Shown here piece by piece: positions 59,001 through 64,000 of a stretch of 64,000 nucleotides of DNA. How positions within the stretch are numbered: the first letter of the stretch is position 1; each line of letters starts with the position of its first letter. Source of the stretch: Candidatus Azobacteroides sp. (GTDB lineage: Bacteria > Bacteroidota > Bacteroidia > Bacteroidales > Azobacteroidaceae). The position numbers were made by a program, and so were the translations under genes. The stretch is taken from positions 7,495-71,494 of the forward strand of contig WRFZ01000180.1 in NCBI GenBank assembly GCA_009778655.1. Reading direction: 5' to 3'. The notes under the pieces are model-generated. The model saw only the letters and a program-made list of their open reading frames with translations. It did no database searches and was not told the DNA's origin.

Positions 59001-60647
59001 ATGAAACGAATTATCAACATCTTAGTAGCAGTTTTGTTTACAGTCGGCAGTATTGTAGCGCAAAACAAAGAGATTAAAAATGTAATTTTATTAATACCCG
59101 ATGGAACCTCTTTGTCGGTTGTTTCGGCTGCCCGTTGGTATCAACGATACAATCATCCGGAGATGACCAAACTGCATATTGATCCATATCTTTGCGGAAC
59201 AATTTTGACCTATTCGTCCAATGCGCCTATCGGCGATTCTGCGCCTACAACCTCGTGTTACGTGACCGGTTATCCGAGTCGCGCAGCATCAATCGCCATG
59301 TATCCGCCGGTAGATTCTTTGAACGATATTATCCCGATGGATCCCGAAAAAGCGTATCAGCCGATGATGACCGTCTTGGAAGCTGCTCGCATTACTCAAA
59401 ATAAGGCAACCGGTTTGGTTTTCACCTGCGAATTTCCTCATGCCACGCCGGCCGATTGTTCCGCACATACTTACGATAGAAACCGATACGATTGGATTGC
59501 TCCGCAAATGGTTCATAATAAATTGGATGTAGTGATTGGAGGAGGAGTAAGCCTTTTGTCTGCAAACGACCGACAGTTTCTGCAAGACGAAGGATACGGT
59601 GTTTTTTTGAATGACATCGCCGGTTACGAAAATTATAAAGGCGACCGAATGTGGGCTTTATTCGGAGAAACCGCTATGGAGCATGATATTGACCGTAATC
59701 CGGAAAAGGAACCTTCCTTAGCCGAAATGACGCAAACAGCTATCGAAAAGTTATCGAAAAATGAAAACGGCTTTTTCTTAATGGTGGAAGGAAGCCAAGT
59801 GGATTGGGCGGCACATGCCAATGACGCTGTCACTATGATTACCGAAATGCTCGCTTTCGATAAAGCTTGCGGAGTCGCATTGGACTTTGCCAAAGCGAAC
59901 GGCGAAACCGTAGTGGTGGTCGTTCCCGACCACGGCAACAGCGGATTCAGTATCGGTTCCAACAAATGTCCGGGCTATTTTCATTTAACAAAAGACGAAT
60001 TATTCGGAGCTGTTTCTAAATTCAAGACGAGCGCTAATAAACTGGTTGATATATTGCGTAATACCGAACCGGCCGATTTGCAGGGAGTATTTGATCAATT
60101 GACCGGCATTGCATTAAGCGACAGCGATTATACTCAAATTTTACAATGTAACGATTATAAGCTTAGTACGCTTTCTGCCGAAGAGCGAAAGAAAGACTCC
60201 TTCTTGGCAAAAACAGTAAACGGAATTTTAGATAAAAACACCTGCTTCGGATTCACTACGAACGGCCATACCGGTGAAGAAGTGTTTTTAGCGATTTACG
60301 ACCCGACTCCCAATCGCTTGACCGGTCATCACACCAATATCGAACTGAACCGCTACCTTCGTCAAACGATGGGATTGAAAGACAGTCTCGAATCATTGAC
60401 AAGTACTTATTTTGCCAAACATACGGATGTATTTGCGAATTATGCTTATACGATTTCAATTAATGATAAAATACCCGTATTGAAAATTACGAACAAAAAA
60501 AATACATTGGAGATTCAACCCAACACCAACATTGTGAAGCGCAACGGTAAAGATATAGAACTGAATACCGTGGTTGTGTACGTTGATAAGAATAATACTT
60601 TTTATCTTCCCCGATCCTTGAGAGATTTGCTGACCGATAACAAATGA
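59001..60647 (+). CDS. phoA: Alkaline phosphatase
   Basis: NVILLIPDG, DSAP (Ser nucleophile), HATPA, FLMVEGSQVDWAAH, DHG and GHTGE; signal peptide. Confidence 0.93.
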   Translation: MKRIINILVAVLFTVGSIVAQNKEIKNVILLIPDGTSLSVVSAARWYQRYNHPEMTKLHIDPYLCGTILTYSSNAPIGDSAPTTSCYVTGYPSRAASIAMYPPVDSLNDIIPMDPEKAYQPMMTVLEAARITQNKATGLVFTCEFPHATPADCSAHTYDRNRYDWIAPQMVHNKLDVVIGGGVSLLSANDRQFLQDEGYGVFLNDIAGYENYKGDRMWALFGETAMEHDIDRNPEKEPSLAEMTQTAIEKLSKNENGFFLMVEGSQVDWAAHANDAVTMITEMLAFDKACGVALDFAKANGETVVVVVPDHGNSGFSIGSNKCPGYFHLTKDELFGAVSKFKTSANKLVDILRNTEPADLQGVFDQLTGIALSDSDYTQILQCNDYKLSTLSAEERKKDSFLAKTVNGILDKNTCFGFTTNGHTGEEVFLAIYDPTPNRLTGHHTNIELNRYLRQTMGLKDSLESLTSTYFAKHTDVFANYAYTISINDKIPVLKITNKKNTLEIQPNTNIVKRNGKDIELNTVVVYVDKNNTFYLPRSLRDLLTDNK

Positions 60648-60653
60648 CGGATA

Positions 60654-61475
60654 ATGAATACCCGATTATTTATTGAATGGAATGCAGATCCGGCGATTAT
60701 TAAAGGAACTTCTTTGGGATATTACAACCTGCTGTTCGTTGGGGGAATCTTCTTATGCGCTTACATTATAAAAAAGATATTCAATAAGGAAAATATCCCG
60801 GAATCAAATTATTACACATTATTTTGGTATTGTTTCTGGGGTATTATCATTGGAGCGAGATTGGGTCATTGCTTATTTTATGAACCGGAATACTATCTGC
60901 ATCATCCTTTGGAAATGGTTCTTCCGGTCTCTTTTGAAGGCGGAAAGTTTGCTTTCACCGGATATCGGGGTTTGGCAAGTCACGGAGGAACTATCGGATT
61001 AATAATTGCATTACTCTTGTTCAGCGGAAAAACAAAAATGAATCTCATTAAAACGCTCGATTACATAGCAATCGTTGCTCCTTTGGGAGCTTGTTTCATC
61101 AGAATCGGAAATTTAATGAATTCGGAAATCATCGGAAAAGCAACGGACGTGCCTTGGGCTTTTATTTTTACGCGAGTGGATTTTGTCCCGAGGCATCCGG
61201 CGCAACTGTATGAAGCCGTCGCTTATTTGTGTTTCTTTTTTTTGATGCTCTATTTGTATAAAAAAAGAAGGGAAACGCTCAAAACCGGATTCTTGTTCGG
61301 ATTAGTCTTAACCTTAATTTTTTCATTCCGGTTTTTTATTGAATTTTTCAAAGAACGTCAAGTGGATTTTGAAGATAACATGTTCTTTGATATGGGGCAA
61401 CTGCTTAGTATTCCGTTTATTTTGGTCGGATTATATTTTATTTTCATGTATAGGCGAATTGCCAAACCTTTATAA
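60654..61475 (+). CDS. lgt: Prolipoprotein diacylglyceryl transferase
   Basis: GARLGH, GLASHGG, RIGN..NSE..G, HPAQLYE and MGQLLS. Confidence 0.96.
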   Translation: MNTRLFIEWNADPAIIKGTSLGYYNLLFVGGIFLCAYIIKKIFNKENIPESNYYTLFWYCFWGIIIGARLGHCLFYEPEYYLHHPLEMVLPVSFEGGKFAFTGYRGLASHGGTIGLIIALLLFSGKTKMNLIKTLDYIAIVAPLGACFIRIGNLMNSEIIGKATDVPWAFIFTRVDFVPRHPAQLYEAVAYLCFFFLMLYLYKKRRETLKTGFLFGLVLTLIFSFRFFIEFFKERQVDFEDNMFFDMGQLLSIPFILVGLYFIFMYRRIAKPL

Positions 61476-61883
61476 AAAAATATTATGTATGATTAGATTT
61501 AATATCTTTTGCCCATTTTGCATATCTTCACTTATGAGAAATCCGCAATTGGATTCCAACGCTGCTGCAACAATCAAGCTATCCCAATAGGAAATTAAAT
61601 ACTTTTGCCGCAAAAATGATGCTTTCAGTAGTATTTCCTCCGTAAAATCTTGAACTGTAGCAATTCTACACAACCATTTAGTAATAGCTGATATTTGCTC
61701 TTCCGTAAACCCTTTTTTCAGCAAATTAACACTAACCTCATTAAGAACCTGCCATGAAATTACAACTTGGTCCTTCAATATACTTGATTCTATATAATTT
61801 TTAGCAATTAACGATTTTTCGCTGCCTTTTTCAAGGAGTAAGTACAACCATATATTACTATCAAAGAAGTATTTCTCTATCAT
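61470..61883 (-). CDS. PIN-domain (VapC-like) toxin
   Basis: FFDSNIWLY, QVLNE, SYWDSLIVAAALE and SEDMQ.G. Confidence 0.92.
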   Translation of the reverse strand: MIEKYFFDSNIWLYLLLEKGSEKSLIAKNYIESSILKDQVVISWQVLNEVSVNLLKKGFTEEQISAITKWLCRIATVQDFTEEILLKASFLRQKYLISYWDSLIVAAALESNCGFLISEDMQNGQKILNLIIHNIFL

Positions 61884-62106
61884 AGCAATCTTCTCGGTTG
61901 AATTTGAAATTTGAATCTGTAATGCTATTAATTTCTATAAACTGCAAAAATTCATTTATAAGCTTTCTTCTTTCCTTAATATTCATTGCAGAATGTTTTA
62001 TTTTGCGCAGACCTTTCTCCATCGAGACAATAATATTTTCGTCTTTTTCATTAAGAATCTTGCGAGCCAATTGAGCTTTCCTCATTTCTAATTCAGCAGT
62101 ACTCAT
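61861..62106 (-). CDS. Putative antitoxin for the PIN toxin
   Basis: Small gene overlapping the toxin start; C-terminal FKFNREDCYDR. Confidence 0.75.
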   Translation of the reverse strand: MSTAELEMRKAQLARKILNEKDENIIVSMEKGLRKIKHSAMNIKERRKLINEFLQFIEINSITDSNFKFNREDCYDREILL

Positions 62107-62117
62107 AACTTAATATT

Positions 62118-62549
62118 TTAAATTATATTACAAACTTTTTTCAATGCTTCTATCGCTAAACGATACGAATCCATGCCGAATCCGGCGATGACTCCCTTAC
62201 AAGCTCCGGCAAGCATGGATCGGTGCCGGAACGATTCCCGGGCATGAATATTCGACAGATGTACCTCTATCACAGGCGTAGAAATGCTTTTTATCGCGTC
62301 AAGAATCGCCAAGGACGTATGAGTATAAGCGCCTGCATTCAAGACAATTCCAGCATAAGAAAAACCGGTTTCGTGAAGTTTGTTTATTATTTCACCTTCC
62401 GTATTCGACTGAAAATAACTTATTTCAATTCCCGGATAAAGTATAACCAATTCCTGCAAATAATCCTCAAAAGAAAGCGAACCGTAAATTTCAGGCTCTC
62501 GAACACCCAAAAGGTTCAAATTGGGTCCGTTGATAATTTGAATCTTCAT
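62118..62549 (-). CDS. aroQ: Type II 3-dehydroquinate dehydratase
   Basis: NGPNLNLLG.REPEIYG, NAGAYTHTS and EVHLSNIHARE.FRH. Confidence 0.98.
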   Translation of the reverse strand: MKIQIINGPNLNLLGVREPEIYGSLSFEDYLQELVILYPGIEISYFQSNTEGEIINKLHETGFSYAGIVLNAGAYTHTSLAILDAIKSISTPVIEVHLSNIHARESFRHRSMLAGACKGVIAGFGMDSYRLAIEALKKVCNII

Positions 62550-62617
62550 TTTCGATATTATTTATGTATCTTTGTGAATACAAAATTAGTTTTTTTATTC
62601 ATAACAACTACACTATA

Positions 62618-63535
62618 ATGAAGAAAAATTCCGACGACAGCGAATTATTTACAGCCTACCATACCTATTTACAGCTTGAAAAATCTTTATCTCCCCGTTC
62701 GGTAGCAGCCTATTCCGACGATCTGAACAAATTGACTGCATACCTCCGAGTCGTCGGGAAAAAACCGGAAGACGCTACTTTAGACGATTTACAGGAGATG
62801 ATTTCCGGGTTGCACGAAATTGGTATCAGTCCGCGTTCACAGGCGCGGATAGTTTCGGGAATCAAATCGTTTTATCGTTTTTTGAGCTTGGAAAATTACA
62901 TCGAAAAAGACCCGACCGAACTGCTCGAATCACCTAAAATCGGATTGAAATTACCCGAATTTCTGACAATTTCGGAAATTAACAGCATCATCGAAAGTAT
63001 TGACCGATCTTTGCCGGAAGGGCAACGCAACCGCGCCATTTTAGAGACCTTGTACAGTTGCGGATTGCGCGTTTCCGAACTAATCGGCCTGCGCTTTTCG
63101 GATTTGTACTTGGATGAAGAATTTATCAAAGTAGAAGGAAAGGGACGCAAACAGCGTTTAGTACCTATTTCTCCCGTTGCCATCAAAGAAATCAATTTGT
63201 ATTTGCCGGATCGAAACAAGATTCCCGTAAAAAAAGGGTATGAAGACGTACTGTTTTTAAGCCGGAGAGGAACGTCTCTTTCCCGGATCATGATTTTTCA
63301 TATAGTCAAGGTACAAACGGAATCAGCCGGCATCCGAAAAACGGTCAGTCCGCACACTTTCCGCCATTCGTTTGCTACGCACCTGTTGGAGGGAGGCGCT
63401 AATTTACGGGCGATTCAGCAAATGCTCGGACATGAAAAAATTGCCACTACCGAAATTTATACCCATTTAGACCGCGATTTTCTACGAAGCGAAATACTGG
63501 AACATCATCCGCGCAACCGAGTCGAAAGGAGTTAG
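62618..63535 (+). CDS. xerD: Site-specific tyrosine recombinase XerD
   Basis: LYSCGLRVSEL, GKGRKQR, PHTFRHSFATHLLEGGA and LGHE..TTEIYTH; start set to ATG 62618. Confidence 0.93.
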   Translation: MKKNSDDSELFTAYHTYLQLEKSLSPRSVAAYSDDLNKLTAYLRVVGKKPEDATLDDLQEMISGLHEIGISPRSQARIVSGIKSFYRFLSLENYIEKDPTELLESPKIGLKLPEFLTISEINSIIESIDRSLPEGQRNRAILETLYSCGLRVSELIGLRFSDLYLDEEFIKVEGKGRKQRLVPISPVAIKEINLYLPDRNKIPVKKGYEDVLFLSRRGTSLSRIMIFHIVKVQTESAGIRKTVSPHTFRHSFATHLLEGGANLRAIQQMLGHEKIATTEIYTHLDRDFLRSEILEHHPRNRVERS

Positions 63536-63559
63536 TAAATACCTGCATCTGACAACTTT

Positions 63560-64000
63560 TTACTTCTCATTCAGTAAATCTTGATAAGCGGCTTGCAGTT
63601 CCTTTTCTTCTTGTTCAGGCACTTTCGGGAACTTAGGATTCATGTTTTTCAAAGTTTTCTTAATAATCTCCGCCATAATCAATTGTGCATAGGATTTTGT
63701 ATCGCAAGGAATTATAAACCACGGAGAATGTTCCGTAGAAGTATTTTCCAGCGCCGCAGAAAATGCCTTTTGATATTCATTCCAAAAAGTGCGCTCTTTT
63801 AAATCGGCGGAAGAAAATTTCCAATTTTTTTCCCGTTCTTTAATTCTTTCAATGAAACGTTTTTTCTGCTCGCTTTTGCTCACATTGAGGAAAAACTTGA
63901 TAACCTGCATACCGTTATTGTGCAAATATTCTTCAAAATTTTTGATTTCGTGATAACGGCGTTCAAAAAATTCATCGTTCACGTCTTTAATATCTTTCAC
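63560..64000 (-). CDS. ppk2: Polyphosphate kinase 2 family, C-terminal part (gene starts beyond the window)
   Basis: I.NFE.YL, KFFLNVSK.EQ..RF..R, WKFS..D..ER..W and PWFIIP.D.K. Confidence 0.9.
   Translation of the reverse strand: MKDIKDVNDEFFERRYHEIKNFEEYLHNNGMQVIKFFLNVSKSEQKKRFIERIKEREKNWKFSSADLKERTFWNEYQKAFSAALENTSTEHSPWFIIPCDTKSYAQLIMAEIIKKTLKNMNPKFPKVPEQEEKELQAAYQDLLNEK

Noticed and set aside
62618-63535. Tyrosine recombinase as an integron integrase, phage integrase or invertase
   Set aside because: Length, motifs and aroQ linkage fit housekeeping XerD; no attC sites or phage genes
1-64000. Short antisense or alternate-frame ORFs (e.g. 9987-10487, 27488-28045, 53988-54443); stop-codon recoding; DGR, retron or tRNA elements
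   Set aside because: The short ORFs are shadows of well-supported genes. Core genes are full length under the standard code, and I saw no reverse transcriptase, template/variable repeat pair or cloverleaf

Overview
This is a gene-dense chromosomal window from a Bacteroidales bacterium. The evidence is TAnnTTTG promoters, a short Bacteroidetes primary sigma factor, PorQ and a T9SS-sorted protease, fused NuoCD and fused SecDF. Most of it is housekeeping: panB, nspC, pcrA, folB, an 11-subunit complex I lacking NuoEFG, lysC-lysA, secDF, degP, rpoD, cmk, ispA, tatD, lgt, aroQ, xerD and ppk2. It also holds three Ton-motor loci, a TonB-dependent receptor, a GH3, a GH77, an M6 protease, two intact type II TA pairs and a HigA relic. 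I see no rRNA, tRNA, CRISPR array, prophage or intact transposase, and no clearly new multi-gene system. The best leads are: (1) an unannotated structured + strand sRNA candidate at about 1365-1464 carrying an anti-start-codon stretch; (2) an exbB-X-exbD-exbD cassette enclosed by AATTATG heptamer arrays and separated from its usual tonB-ispA-tatD neighbours; (3) an exbB-exbD-exbD-tonB-X-PstS-like-TPR operon of unresolved function; (4) a Met/Lys-rich HigA relic placed like a leader ORF before lysC; (5) a codon-mosaic loop in an outer-membrane barrel; (6) a Cys at a NiFe-ligand-equivalent position in NuoD. All calls were made by eye from motifs, with no database searches. Several starts were moved to more plausible internal ATGs.
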